Assembly: GCA_963667015.2 (NCBI GenBank)
Contig: CAXXJJ010000004.1
Coordinates: forward strand, 3,488,001 to 3,552,000
DNA from: Desulfatiglandales bacterium
Lineage (GTDB): Bacteria; Desulfobacterota; DSM-4660; Desulfatiglandales; HGW-15
Direction: 5' to 3'
Length of the DNA: 64,000 nt
The notes under the pieces are model-generated. The model saw only the letters and a list, made by a program, of their open reading frames with translations, searched no databases and was not told where the DNA came from. Both the position numbers and the translations under genes were made by a program. Shown here in pieces: positions 9,551-19,818 of the stretch (its first letter is position 1; every line of letters starts with the position of its first letter).

Positions 9551-10783
9551 TTAAAAAGAGGGTAAAAACTCCCAAACCCTGCCGTTAATACTGTCGACTA
9601 TTCCCTGAAGCCACTCCGTACCCTTTTGAGATTCTCCCTTTTCCAGGGACTTGACAGCTGTGATATAATTTTTTCCCTTCAGGGAAACGGCATTATCGAT
9701 TATTTCAATAAAATCATTTCTTGCCTGATTATCATCGATTCTTTCCAGGCACCCCTTGAGAAATTCTTCGATGTCAGGCCACTTTTCTCCATATTCCCTT
9801 TTTCTCAAAATCATTTTTTCAGAGGGATTGCCGGATATGGATTTCTGGATTTCTATGGATTCCGGCATTTTCCCTGCGATCTTCCTCAGCTGTTTTAACC
9901 GCTCATTGATTGCAGCATCCAGTTTATCAACCGCACCCCTGTGAAGTTCCCTTTCAAGATCGTCTTTAATAAATATTGACCGGATATCCATATACCAGGT
10001 CCTAAGGGCTGTGAGGCTGGCAATATAATTTATATTAAGCCTTATTATCCTTTGAAGATTTGAGTAAAGGTTTGCATGAAAGGGCATGGATCTGGCAATG
10101 GCAGGGCTGCCAAGAAGCATTGTATCCTCTTTATCTATATCCTTTCTTACAACAGTGCCGGCAGCAACTATAGTGCCGTATTCTATTGTTACAGGCCCGA
10201 CCATTCCCCCCTGTCCGCCAAGAAATATGGGCCTTTGATTTATCATGACACCCCTGGGAACATCTCCTATAAGGCTTGCGGTTGCCTTGTCCTGATTCTG
10301 GGTATAATTAAAGTGGATATAGGAACTCCCCACTTCGCTGTGGTTTTTGCTGTCAGTGCCCCCAGCCATGAGGCAGTCACAGAAATTGATAAGGCTTCCA
10401 AGGGTTACATATGGAAAAAGGATTGTCTGCTTAAGTCCGACAGTATGGGCTCCCCTGGCTCCTTCTTCAAGAAGGCATGCCTGCCTTATATGGGCACCCG
10501 AGCCCATGCTGGAGTTTTCCAGAAATGTCGATCCGAAGAAATAACCGCCGCCCAGTTCCACGTTTTTACCGATCTGGCAGTCATGGACAGTCGCCGGAGT
10601 TTCATATCCAAGCCTGGTCCCGGACATAATAAGTGTTTTTGGACCATAGAGTTTACAGCCCGAATGGATGGTAACATTATCCCCTGATATCCTGTCCGGG
10701 TTTATGTCATCACCGATTTCAACGCCCTCAGGACAGGGAATTTTAACGCCTTTTTTTATCAGAAGGTCTTTTATCTTCTCCAT
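9551..10783 (-). CDS. GlmU-like left-handed beta-helix acetyltransferase lacking the N-terminal uridyltransferase domain
   Basis: Begins LIKKGVKI like the GlmU C-terminal half; hexapeptide repeats; adjacent to glmM; start taken at MEKIK. Confidence 0.7.
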   Translation of the reverse strand: MEKIKDLLIKKGVKIPCPEGVEIGDDINPDRISGDNVTIHSGCKLYGPKTLIMSGTRLGYETPATVHDCQIGKNVELGGGYFFGSTFLENSSMGSGAHIRQACLLEEGARGAHTVGLKQTILFPYVTLGSLINFCDCLMAGGTDSKNHSEVGSSYIHFNYTQNQDKATASLIGDVPRGVMINQRPIFLGGQGGMVGPVTIEYGTIVAAGTVVRKDIDKEDTMLLGSPAIARSMPFHANLYSNLQRIIRLNINYIASLTALRTWYMDIRSIFIKDDLERELHRGAVDKLDAAINERLKQLRKIAGKMPESIEIQKSISGNPSEKMILRKREYGEKWPDIEEFLKGCLERIDDNQARNDFIEIIDNAVSLKGKNYITAVKSLEKGESQKGTEWLQGIVDSINGRVWEFLPSF

Positions 10784-10870
10784 AGATTTCCTTTGACTTG
10801 AGATAATTAAAAGAACGGTTTTTTCTAATATCATTTATTCCTTTTCCGATCAATTGATTTCCCTTTTATC

Positions 10871-10899
10871 TTGACCATGTTTAGATTCTTACCTATATT
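10871..10899 (+). promoter_or_regulatory. Sigma70-like promoter of the thiolase operon
   Basis: TTGACC-N17-TATATT about 110 bp upstream of ATG 11010. Confidence 0.55.
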
Positions 10900-11009
10900 G
10901 AACAGCTTACGGGTCAAAGGCCCGAAGTTTTTTATCTTTCCTCCAGGCAGCGCCTGTTCAGGACATAATAAATTAACCGATATTATCGGACAAAAATGAG
11001 GAGGATTTT

Positions 11010-12182
11010 ATGGCAAAGAAAGTGGCAATTATAGGTGTCGGTCAGAGTGCCTTTGTGCGCGGATATCCCGGATCAATCAGGGAACTGGCCTTTGAAGGCT
11101 TTAGAGAGGCCATGCAGGACGCACAGATAGCAACAACTGATATTGATGCCTCAGTAATATGTTCTGCACCTGAATATGACAAGCAGAGATCACCGGCCGG
11201 TGTTTTAGCAGAATATCTTGGTTTAACTCCGCAGCCGACATTTTATGTAGAGACCCTCTGCTCTTCGAGCAGTACGGGCTTAAAGATAGCCTATTCACTG
11301 GTAGCATCAGGGCTGCATGACTGTGTTGCAGTAGTAGGTTTTCAGAAGATGTCAGAAATCACATCAGCCGAATCACAGGAAAGGATGGGAAGGGGCGCTG
11401 ATATCCAGTGGGAAAGCCCATTCGGAACAATGATGCCGGCATATTATGCAACATATGCAAGGGGGCATTTTACAAAATACGGTACAACACCCGATGATCT
11501 TGCCCTTATCAGGGTAAAGGCGGCTACATACGGCCAGATTAACGAAAAGGCTGTCTACAGAAAACCTGTTACATTTGAGATGTTCAGTGATCCTGAAAAC
11601 ACCATGTCAGGACCGGTTGCAAGCCCCTTAAGGGTTGGAGACTGCTGCGCAAATGCCGACGGAAGTTCGTGCCTTATAGTTGCCAGTGAAGAAAAGGCAA
11701 AAACATTCTGTAAAAAACCGGTCTGGATCAAGGGTATCGGCGCGGCCTCAACGGCAGTAAATCTTGCCAACAGGGACCTGTTCTCGGGCCTGACCGTAGG
11801 AATGGAAGCCGGAAGGCAGGCATATGAAATGGCAGGAATTGGACCAAAGGACATTGATGTCGCCGAAGTTCATGACTGTTTTACAATAGCCGAGATGATG
11901 GCCTATGAAAACCTTGGTTTTGCAAAACCTGGTGAAGGTAAGGACCTCATAAGAGGAAAGGAAACCTACAAGGAAGGAAGCATTCCGGTTAATGTAGACG
12001 GCGGTCTTCTTTCAAAGGGGCATCCGATCGGAGCCACAGGCGGATCACAGGTAAGGACCATTGTTCTCCAGTTAAGGGACGAGGCCGGCGACATGCAGGT
12101 AAAGGATCCTCAATTCGGTCTGATACATAATATAGGCGGCGTTGGCCTTTACGGTAACGTTACAATACTGGGGAGGGACTAA
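11010..12182 (+). CDS. SCP2-type/non-canonical thiolase family protein
   Basis: ETLCSSS Cys, EVHDCF, KGHPIGATG, HNIGG; strong RBS GAGGAGG. Confidence 0.9.
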   Translation: MAKKVAIIGVGQSAFVRGYPGSIRELAFEGFREAMQDAQIATTDIDASVICSAPEYDKQRSPAGVLAEYLGLTPQPTFYVETLCSSSSTGLKIAYSLVASGLHDCVAVVGFQKMSEITSAESQERMGRGADIQWESPFGTMMPAYYATYARGHFTKYGTTPDDLALIRVKAATYGQINEKAVYRKPVTFEMFSDPENTMSGPVASPLRVGDCCANADGSSCLIVASEEKAKTFCKKPVWIKGIGAASTAVNLANRDLFSGLTVGMEAGRQAYEMAGIGPKDIDVAEVHDCFTIAEMMAYENLGFAKPGEGKDLIRGKETYKEGSIPVNVDGGLLSKGHPIGATGGSQVRTIVLQLRDEAGDMQVKDPQFGLIHNIGGVGLYGNVTILGRD

Positions 12183-12183
12183 A

Positions 12184-12615
12184 ATGGCTAAAAAAGAAAT
12201 TGATGTAAGATTCAACAAGTTCGGGACAGTAAGCTTTACCTCTACATCCAAGGTAAATGATTTTATAGACAAACTGGAAGCGGGAAAGGTATCAGGAACC
12301 GTGTGCAAGGACTGCGGCACCAAGTTTTTTCCGCCAAGGGCCGACTGCTATAAATGTCTGACCAGCAATATGGACTGGTTTGATGTGGACGGCACCGGTA
12401 AACTTATAACCTACAGCAAGCTTGAATATGCGCCCATCGGTTTTGAGAATGATCTGCCATACTGCATCGCAGTGGTTGATTTTGGCGAATACAAGGTCTT
12501 TGGAAGGATCAGCAGCGACCTGACCGATGATGAGGTCAAGGCCGGCATGGATCTGAAGGCCGTTGTGAACAAGCTTCCCAATGGTCAGCTTAACTATGTT
12601 TTTCAGAAGGCATAA
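12184..12615 (+). CDS. Zn-ribbon/OB-fold protein (DUF35 family), thiolase partner
   Basis: CKDCG..FPPRADCYKC; immediately follows the thiolase. Confidence 0.9.
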   Translation: MAKKEIDVRFNKFGTVSFTSTSKVNDFIDKLEAGKVSGTVCKDCGTKFFPPRADCYKCLTSNMDWFDVDGTGKLITYSKLEYAPIGFENDLPYCIAVVDFGEYKVFGRISSDLTDDEVKAGMDLKAVVNKLPNGQLNYVFQKA

Positions 12616-12624
12616 TAATTATTC

Positions 12625-12652
12625 GTAGAGACAGGGAACTTCCCTGTCTCTG
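12625..12652. repeat. REP-like palindrome / possible terminator
   Basis: GTAGAGACAGGGAA-C-TTCCCTGTCTCTG. Confidence 0.7.
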
Positions 12653-12715
12653 TTATTTATCGCCATACCCTGTTTAATTACAGTGGTATGGCGAACTACT
12701 TTATACAGGTATTTA

Positions 12716-13612
12716 ATGGATAACAGTTACGGCAATAATGAACACCCGGGATGGCTGGAGATTACAATAAATATTGATCCTTCGGCCCGTGAAGCGTGCA
12801 GCGCCTTTCTTATGGATATGGGCTGTGACGGTGTAGTATCGGAAGATTTTGAGGATGCCCTTATGAAGGCATATCTCCCAATGGAAAACAACATTGAAGA
12901 GGTAAAGGTCAGTATCAATGCCTTTCTTGAAAACCTGACCGAAATATTTCCGGAAATTCCAAAACCCGTCCTGAATGTTGAACTGATTGCAAATCAGGAC
13001 TGGGGAACAAGCTGGCGCAGCTTTTTTTATCTGGAAGAAATAACTGATAATCTCATGATTCTGCCCGCCTGGGAGGAAATGCCCGACCCGGTTAAATGTC
13101 ATGTGATAAGAATTGATCCCGGAACAGCCTTTGGAACCGGAAAGCATGAAACCACCCGGATGTGCCTTCAGGCAATTGAAGAGAATGTGCCTGATAAGCC
13201 CTGGACCATGCTCGATGTTGGCACAGGCAGCGGTATCCTCTCTGTTTACGGGGCAATGCTCGGAGCAAGGGAGATTACTGCAATCGATATCGATCCGGAA
13301 GCAGTAAGGTGGGCTGAAAAAAATATAGAGCTTAACGAGATTCCGATTAAAATTGATCTATCTACAACTCCCCTTGAAGAAATAGACAAAGAATATGATG
13401 TTGTTGCGGCCAACCTCATAAAAAATACCATCCTTGAGCTTAATCCTCTCTTTCCAAAGGTGATGGCCCCTGACGGATTAATGATCATGTCAGGCCTTCT
13501 CTCAGGCCAGGTGGCGGATATTGAGGAAGATTTAAAAAAATACGGGCTTAAAAAAATCCATGCGTCAATTATGGGTGAATGGTCCTGTCTTCTGGTTAAA
13601 AAGTCGGATTAG
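12716..13612 (+). CDS. prmA: Ribosomal protein L11 methyltransferase
   Basis: IDPGTAFGTGKHETT, LDVGTGSGILS, DIDPEA, VAANL. Confidence 0.95.
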   Translation: MDNSYGNNEHPGWLEITINIDPSAREACSAFLMDMGCDGVVSEDFEDALMKAYLPMENNIEEVKVSINAFLENLTEIFPEIPKPVLNVELIANQDWGTSWRSFFYLEEITDNLMILPAWEEMPDPVKCHVIRIDPGTAFGTGKHETTRMCLQAIEENVPDKPWTMLDVGTGSGILSVYGAMLGAREITAIDIDPEAVRWAEKNIELNEIPIKIDLSTTPLEEIDKEYDVVAANLIKNTILELNPLFPKVMAPDGLMIMSGLLSGQVADIEEDLKKYGLKKIHASIMGEWSCLLVKKSD

Positions 13613-13794
13613 AGACGCTTTATGCCGTCTCTATAATCTCTGTCTGCATTATCAAAATCCGGGTCAAGGTACCCAGTGGTAAAGACAGGTTGGAGATATC
13701 TCAACGGGCATCCTTCAAAAATCTGCGATCAATAGCATATATCGAAGGTTTTGGGTGCTTTCCTGCGGATACAATGGCATAGAGTTATTTCACA

Positions 13795-13823
13795 TTGACA
13801 TACAATTCCCAACTCCATATACT
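13795..13823 (+). promoter_or_regulatory. Sigma70-like promoter of the opp-type operon
   Basis: TTGACA-N17-TATACT, 60 bp upstream of the GTG start. Confidence 0.65.
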
Positions 13824-13883
13824 CCATTCCTTAAAAAGGTAATTGTTATCGATACAATAAATGCGAGTTTTATTGATTAGATA

Positions 13884-15710
13884 GTGTCTTTTAACATACA
13901 AAAATATGTCCCCTTCGGGAAAAATCTGTTTGCTGTCTTTTTTGCGGTCCTGCTTTTAACAGGCTGTCCAAAACCCTTTGAAGACCGGGCAAAAGATACC
14001 AGTGTTTTTCGCTTCTCTGAAAATGGCGCCCCTGTAACAATGGATCCTGTTCAGTCATCGACACAATATGCCAACCTGATGACGACTACCATTTACGATC
14101 AGCTTTATGATTACAAATACCTAGCAAGGCCCTACGAGCTTAAACCGCGCCTTGCCGTCGCCATGCCGGATGTCAGTGAGGATGGCCTTGTCTACACCTT
14201 CCGGATAAGGAAAGGGGTTTATTATACTGATAATCCATGTTTCCAGGGAGGCAAAGGCAGGGAAGTTGTTGTCGGGGACCTCATTTACAGTATAAAACGG
14301 ATGTTTGATCCGACAAACATTCCCCAGGGTGCCTGGCTCTGGCAGGGCAGGATTGTTGGATTGGATGAATGGAAAGAGGCCGGCAGTGATTACTCAAAAC
14401 CCATCGAAGGTTTAAAGGCGCTGGATCCATATACCCTGCAGATCAGGCTTATCGAGCCGTATCCCCAGCTTATTTATACACTGGCTATGGGGTATTCTTC
14501 ATTTATACCCCGGGAAACCGTGGATTATTATGGGGAGGAATTCGGAATCAACCCCGTAGGAAGCGGTCCCTATCAGCTCGTATCATTCTCCACCAAGAAA
14601 GCCAAGCTCGTCCGGAATCCCAAATACCGCGAGGAATATTTTGACCTGGAATACGAAGGCTACGATCCGAAAACTCAAAAGTGGGCAAACCTTGAGATGC
14701 TCCAGGGGAGAAAAATGCCCATAATGGATACTGTAGAGGTCCATTTCATGGAACAGTCCATGACCCGCTGGAATTCCCTGAATAAGGGGAATGAGATCCA
14801 ACTGGGGACCATTCCCATTGAGCTGACTCACATGGTTGCAGAAGAGTTGAAACCTCTTAAATTGAAACCTGAATATGCCGAAAAATTTATCGGCATGAAT
14901 TTGCCGCAATTCGAGTTTGTGTATTTAAACTTCAACATGGATGACCCGGCCATCGGATATCATCCGGACCCTGAACAGAACCACAGGAATCTGCTTTTAA
15001 GGCGGGCCATTCGGTACGGGTATAACTGGGACCAGCGCAACCGGCGCTTTTACAACGGCATCGCCCTGGTCTTTCCCGGAGTAATCACCGCTGGTCTGGA
15101 TGCCTACGATGAGAACCTTTCCAGGGATTCCATCACCTACGATGTTGAAAAGGCCAAAGCGCTTCTTGCGGAAGGAGGCTGGACAGCCGAAAACCTGCCG
15201 GTTCTGGGTTATTCCGGCGTCTCGTCGGTGCGCAACACGCAGTTTTATGAACAGTTTAGGGGCTGGATGGAAAAGATCGGATACCCCAGAGAAAAAATAA
15301 CCTATTCCCCCTATGCAACCTTCGGTGATTTCAGCAAGGCGGTAAAACAGAAGGAGTGCATGCTCATTGGAATGGCCTGGGGGTTGGATTATCCCGACAG
15401 TGAAAATGTCCTCCAGCTCTTCTATGGGCCAAACCAGAGCCCCGGATCAAACTCTGCAAACTTTGATGACCCGAAGTATAATGAACTTTTTGAAAGAGCG
15501 AAAACCTTGCAGCCCGGGCCCGAACGAACAGCCGTTTACAGGGAGTTGAACAGGATTATCATTGATCAGGTGCCTTCCATCTGCGGGCTGACGCGAAACG
15601 TGCCCTATATCTGGCATAAAAATGTTGTTTTTTATCCATCCAGGAACCCCCATGGCAGTCTTTTGAAATATGCCTATGTATTTGATTCAGGAGAACTCAC
15701 AAATGATTAA
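13884..15710 (+). CDS. Peptide/nickel ABC transporter substrate-binding lipoprotein (family 5)
   Basis: Lipobox LLTGC; VSEDGLVYTFRIRKGV, PVGSGPY, W..DYPD. Confidence 0.9.
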   Translation: MSFNIQKYVPFGKNLFAVFFAVLLLTGCPKPFEDRAKDTSVFRFSENGAPVTMDPVQSSTQYANLMTTTIYDQLYDYKYLARPYELKPRLAVAMPDVSEDGLVYTFRIRKGVYYTDNPCFQGGKGREVVVGDLIYSIKRMFDPTNIPQGAWLWQGRIVGLDEWKEAGSDYSKPIEGLKALDPYTLQIRLIEPYPQLIYTLAMGYSSFIPRETVDYYGEEFGINPVGSGPYQLVSFSTKKAKLVRNPKYREEYFDLEYEGYDPKTQKWANLEMLQGRKMPIMDTVEVHFMEQSMTRWNSLNKGNEIQLGTIPIELTHMVAEELKPLKLKPEYAEKFIGMNLPQFEFVYLNFNMDDPAIGYHPDPEQNHRNLLLRRAIRYGYNWDQRNRRFYNGIALVFPGVITAGLDAYDENLSRDSITYDVEKAKALLAEGGWTAENLPVLGYSGVSSVRNTQFYEQFRGWMEKIGYPREKITYSPYATFGDFSKAVKQKECMLIGMAWGLDYPDSENVLQLFYGPNQSPGSNSANFDDPKYNELFERAKTLQPGPERTAVYRELNRIIIDQVPSICGLTRNVPYIWHKNVVFYPSRNPHGSLLKYAYVFDSGELTND

Positions 15711-15727
15711 CAGCAGCCGGATATAAA

Positions 15728-16729
15728 ATGGAAACTCTTCGCTACGCGCTCAGAAAATTCGTTTACTCCATCCCGCTGCTTTTTGGCGTTATGCTGATCA
15801 GTTTTCTTTTAATGGTCTACTTCGGACCGGAGCAGACTTTTTCCATACTGGGGAAAAACGCAACCGCCCAGCAGATTGCCGAAGTCCGTCATCAGTTAGG
15901 GTATGACCAGGGTTTCTTTGTACGCTTTTTCATGTTTCTGAAAGAATTTTTTACCTTTGACTTTGGCAATTCCATTTCTTCCGGTGAAAAGGTTTCATCC
16001 ATTCTCTCAAAGACGGTACCTGTTTCCTTCATGGTCGCCCTTCCCGGCTTTATCCTGTCAAATGTCCTCGGTATTTCCCTTGCGCTTGTGGCCGCCTATT
16101 ACCGCGGGAAATGGGCCGACAAACTCATCATGGTCTTCTCCGTGGTGGGGATGAGCATCAGTATTATCATGGTGCTGATCGGTTTTCAGGTTCTGTTTTG
16201 CACATCCTATGGACTGAACTGGTTTCCTGTTCAGGGGTGGGTTGAACCGCCGCTGGACTACCCGGATGCAACGGGATGGGAAATTGCATACTACTACTGG
16301 TATTATTACTGGTATTATGTGACCGTGCCTGTGCTGGCCCAGGTGTTTGTGGCGCTGGGTTACAATACGCGATTTTTCAGGGCGGTTATTGTCGAAGAGA
16401 TGAACCGTGATTATGTGAGAACAGCCCGCGCCTTTGGAGTGGGGCCGGTAAAGCTGCTGCTCAAGCATGTCCTGAAAAATTCACTGATACCCATTGCAAC
16501 ACGCATCATTATCACCATACCTTTCATCATTATCGCCGGAAATCTGGTTCTGGAAGGTTTCTTCAGCATTCCCGGTGTGGGATATGTGACATTCAATGCC
16601 ATCACCAATGGTGATTTGCCCATTGTAAAAGCCGTTGTGACCTGCACGGCCGTAATGTATATTGTCGCCCTGATCGCAACCGATATCACTTACAAACTTA
16701 TTGATCCGAGAATATCCTATGACCGATAG
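15728..16729 (+). CDS. Peptide ABC transporter permease (OppB/DppB-like)
   Basis: TM helices; EAA loop DYVRTARAFG; IDPRI end. Confidence 0.9.
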   Translation: METLRYALRKFVYSIPLLFGVMLISFLLMVYFGPEQTFSILGKNATAQQIAEVRHQLGYDQGFFVRFFMFLKEFFTFDFGNSISSGEKVSSILSKTVPVSFMVALPGFILSNVLGISLALVAAYYRGKWADKLIMVFSVVGMSISIIMVLIGFQVLFCTSYGLNWFPVQGWVEPPLDYPDATGWEIAYYYWYYYWYYVTVPVLAQVFVALGYNTRFFRAVIVEEMNRDYVRTARAFGVGPVKLLLKHVLKNSLIPIATRIIITIPFIIIAGNLVLEGFFSIPGVGYVTFNAITNGDLPIVKAVVTCTAVMYIVALIATDITYKLIDPRISYDR

Positions 16730-16738
16730 GGAAACAGC

Positions 16739-17611
16739 ATGAGTGCAACGGAAATAACCCGAAAAGAATCACTCTGGACAAAGAGTTTTCGCAAATTGCT
16801 GCGGGACCGGTTCGGGGTGGCTGCCATGGTCATCGTGGGGATTTATCTGCTCATTGCCATCGGGGTCTGGAGCGGCTATCTGGCCCAGGATTGGAGCGGC
16901 CTGCGTGATGAGGGGTATGCCGGGTTTTCATGGGAACACCCCTTCGGGACCAATATTAATGGCCAGGACATTTTTCAGCGCGGGATTCAGGGGACCCGAA
17001 CAGCCTTTGAAGTCGGTTTTGTCGTAGCGGTTATATCGACACTGATCGGAGGTATTCTGGGCGCCATTGCCGGTTTCTTTAACAGGCGGCTTATCGATGA
17101 AATCATCATGTGGCTCTATGGATGTATAGATGCCATCCCCTTCTATCTTTTTGTCGCGGCGATTGGTTTTGCACTGAAGGATCAGCCCTATGCAATGCAT
17201 ATCGCTATGGTTTCGACTTTCTGGTCCAGCACCTGCCGAATTGTTCGCGGTGAAGTGATTAAAATCAGGGGATTGGAATATGTCCAGGCTGCCCATGCCA
17301 TCGGCGTTCATCCTCTCAGGATCATTTCACGTCACATTATCCCTAACATTTTTCACCTGATGCTGATCCAGGCCACAATTGCATTTGTAAGCGCAATCAA
17401 GAGTGAAGTAGTCCTCACATTCCTTGGCCTGGGAATCAAGGACGGAGTGAGCTGGGGAGTCATGCTCTCCGAATCTATCAATGATGTGCTGCGGGGCCAT
17501 TTTGGGAATTTCCTCGCGGCATCCGTGTTTCTGTTTATCCTTGTTATGGCATTCAACCTTTTCGCCGACGCGCTTCAGGACGCGCTTGACCCGAAAAAAA
17601 TCTCTAACTGA
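16739..17611 (+). CDS. Peptide ABC transporter permease (OppC/DppC-like)
   Basis: HPFGT..GQD, EYVQAAHAIG, DALDPK. Confidence 0.9.
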   Translation: MSATEITRKESLWTKSFRKLLRDRFGVAAMVIVGIYLLIAIGVWSGYLAQDWSGLRDEGYAGFSWEHPFGTNINGQDIFQRGIQGTRTAFEVGFVVAVISTLIGGILGAIAGFFNRRLIDEIIMWLYGCIDAIPFYLFVAAIGFALKDQPYAMHIAMVSTFWSSTCRIVRGEVIKIRGLEYVQAAHAIGVHPLRIISRHIIPNIFHLMLIQATIAFVSAIKSEVVLTFLGLGIKDGVSWGVMLSESINDVLRGHFGNFLAASVFLFILVMAFNLFADALQDALDPKKISN

Positions 17612-17623
17612 GCCCTATAAAGT

Positions 17624-18622
17624 ATGGAAATAACACAGCCTCGACAAACTGAAAATTCGCCCTTACTCTCAGTAAAGGATTTAACTGTTGAGTTTAAAAC
17701 AGAGAAAGGTGTGGTTCGGGCAGTTGACGGCGTTTCTTTTGATCTGGCAGGCGGCGAGCCCCTGGGAATAGTAGGCGAATCCGGATGCGGAAAGTCAGTA
17801 ACCGCTTTGTCCCTGCTCAAACTGATACCGAGTCCGCCGGGCCGGATTGCAGGCGGTGAGATTCTACTGGATGGACAGAATATCGTTCCGCTTTCCGATT
17901 CCCGGATGCGCGGCCTTCGCGGCAATAAGATATCCATGATTTTTCAGGAGCCGATGACAGCGCTCAATCCGGTTTTTACCATCGGAAATCAGATGATAGA
18001 AATTCTGCGAATTCACAAAAACATTTCGCGCCAGGAAGCACGGAATCAGGCCCTTGAGATACTTAATACCGTTGAAATTGAATCGCCGGAAAAACGCATC
18101 AATCAATACCCCCATGAGCTGTCCGGAGGGATGCGGCAGCGTGTCATGATTGCCATGGCATTGTCATGTAATCCCAGGATACTGGTCGCGGATGAACCGA
18201 CTACGGCCCTGGATGTAACCGTCCAGGCCCAGGTTATGGATGAAATAAAACGGCTCCAGAAGAAGCTGGATATGGCGGTCATTCTCATTACCCATGATCT
18301 GGGGGTAATTGCAGAATTCTGCCGAAGAGTCATTGTTATGTACTGCGGTAAGATTGTGGAAATTGCAGATACCGAAAGCCTCTTCAAGGCCCCCCGCCAT
18401 CCCTATACCAGAGGATTGATGGATTCCATTCCCAGAATTCGTGAACAGAAACTGGAGAAACTGCCCACAATTCAGGGGATGGTGCCTGATCTGGCTGATT
18501 TACCAGAAGGGTGCCGGTATGCCGACAGGTGTCCGAAAGTCAAAGAGAGATGCCGCAAAAGTGAACCGGTCCTTGAAAAGGATTTAACAAACAGAGGTGT
18601 AAGCTGTTTTTATCCGAACTGA
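17624..18622 (+). CDS. Peptide ABC transporter ATPase (OppD-like)
   Basis: GESGCGKS, YPHELSGGMRQR, C-terminal Cys cluster. Confidence 0.92.
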   Translation: MEITQPRQTENSPLLSVKDLTVEFKTEKGVVRAVDGVSFDLAGGEPLGIVGESGCGKSVTALSLLKLIPSPPGRIAGGEILLDGQNIVPLSDSRMRGLRGNKISMIFQEPMTALNPVFTIGNQMIEILRIHKNISRQEARNQALEILNTVEIESPEKRINQYPHELSGGMRQRVMIAMALSCNPRILVADEPTTALDVTVQAQVMDEIKRLQKKLDMAVILITHDLGVIAEFCRRVIVMYCGKIVEIADTESLFKAPRHPYTRGLMDSIPRIREQKLEKLPTIQGMVPDLADLPEGCRYADRCPKVKERCRKSEPVLEKDLTNRGVSCFYPN

Positions 18623-18697
18623 ACCCTGGTAAATTCGTGAAAAAGAAAGGTAGTTTTATGATGTCGTTAACCTTTATCCGGAGCGGATGTTAATTCC

Positions 18698-19714
18698 ATG
18701 GAAGAAAAACCTCTGGTAGAAATAAAAAATCTCAAAACCTTCTATCCAATTAAGGGCGGCCTGCTGAACAGAACCATCGTGCAGCTCAAAGCGGTTAACG
18801 ATGTCAGTTTCAATATTATGAGTCACCAGACATTCGGTCTGGTTGGGGAGTCCGGATGCGGAAAATCAACACTTGGCCGATCGCTGCTCAAACTTCAGCC
18901 GGTCACCTCTGGTTCTGTTTTTATTAATGGCAAGAGCATACTTGATCTGGAAAATGGAGATCTGAAAAAGGCACGCCGTGAAATGCAGATCATCTTTCAG
19001 GATCCCAACGGTTCTCTCAACCCGCGCATGACCGTTCGGGAGATTATCAGGGAACCGCTGGATACCCATTCAGTCGGTTCCCGCCAGTCGCGGAACAGTG
19101 AAGTCTTTAAATTACTTGAGATCGTAGGGCTGAGCAAAGGTGCTGCTGATCGCTACCCCCATGAATTTTCCGGAGGCCAGCGCCAGAGGGTTGGTATTGC
19201 CCGGGCGTTGGCCCTTAAACCAAAGTTCATTGTCGCAGACGAACCAGTATCTGCTTTGGATGTTTCGGTCCAGAGTCAGGTGCTCAATCTGATTTCCGAT
19301 TTACAGAAAGACTTTGGTATCTCCTTTTTGTTTATTTCCCATGACCTTGCGGTTGTTCAGCATATCAGTCATGTTGTTGGCGTTATGTATTTTGGCAAAC
19401 TGGTTGAAAAAGCTCCTGCTGAAGAACTCTACAAAAATCCCGTCCATCCCTATACCCGATCTTTGCTGAGCGCTGTCCCCAGGCCTGAACCATCAGCGCC
19501 TGCAAACCGGGAGATTCTCAAGGGAGACATCCCTTCTCACATCAAACCGCCCCAAGGCTGTCCTTTTCATCCGCGTTGTCCTATTGCCAAACCGGAATGC
19601 CGGAACACAATCCCGCAACTGGAAATATTTGACAGTACAAAACCCGACCACGAAGTCAGCTGTATTCGGGCAAAAGAATATCTGTCTGACCCGGACTTGA
19701 CCCGGAAGCAGTAA
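18698..19714 (+). CDS. Peptide ABC transporter ATPase (OppF-like)
   Basis: GESGCGKS, YPHEFSGGQRQR, GCPFHPRCP. Confidence 0.92.
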   Translation: MEEKPLVEIKNLKTFYPIKGGLLNRTIVQLKAVNDVSFNIMSHQTFGLVGESGCGKSTLGRSLLKLQPVTSGSVFINGKSILDLENGDLKKARREMQIIFQDPNGSLNPRMTVREIIREPLDTHSVGSRQSRNSEVFKLLEIVGLSKGAADRYPHEFSGGQRQRVGIARALALKPKFIVADEPVSALDVSVQSQVLNLISDLQKDFGISFLFISHDLAVVQHISHVVGVMYFGKLVEKAPAEELYKNPVHPYTRSLLSAVPRPEPSAPANREILKGDIPSHIKPPQGCPFHPRCPIAKPECRNTIPQLEIFDSTKPDHEVSCIRAKEYLSDPDLTRKQ

Positions 19715-19818
19715 GGAGGGCCGAAAAAAATATCGAGCTCAACCAGTATTTCCCAAAGGTGATGGCACCTGAAGGGCTGATGATAATGTCTGGTCTTCTG
19801 GTTAAAAAGGTGGACTAA
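19699..19818 (+). pseudogene. Decayed second copy of the prmA 3' end
   Basis: Translates DPEAVRRAEKNIELN/QYFPKVMAPEGLMIMSGLL/VKKVD*, matching three blocks of PrmA (13292-13336, 13445-13501, 13595-13612). Confidence 0.9.

Noticed and set aside
10076..10687. 203-aa and similar antisense or shadow ORFs (e.g. 45961-46533, 50619-51194)
   Set aside because: They overlap well-supported genes on the opposite strand and have no recognisable motifs
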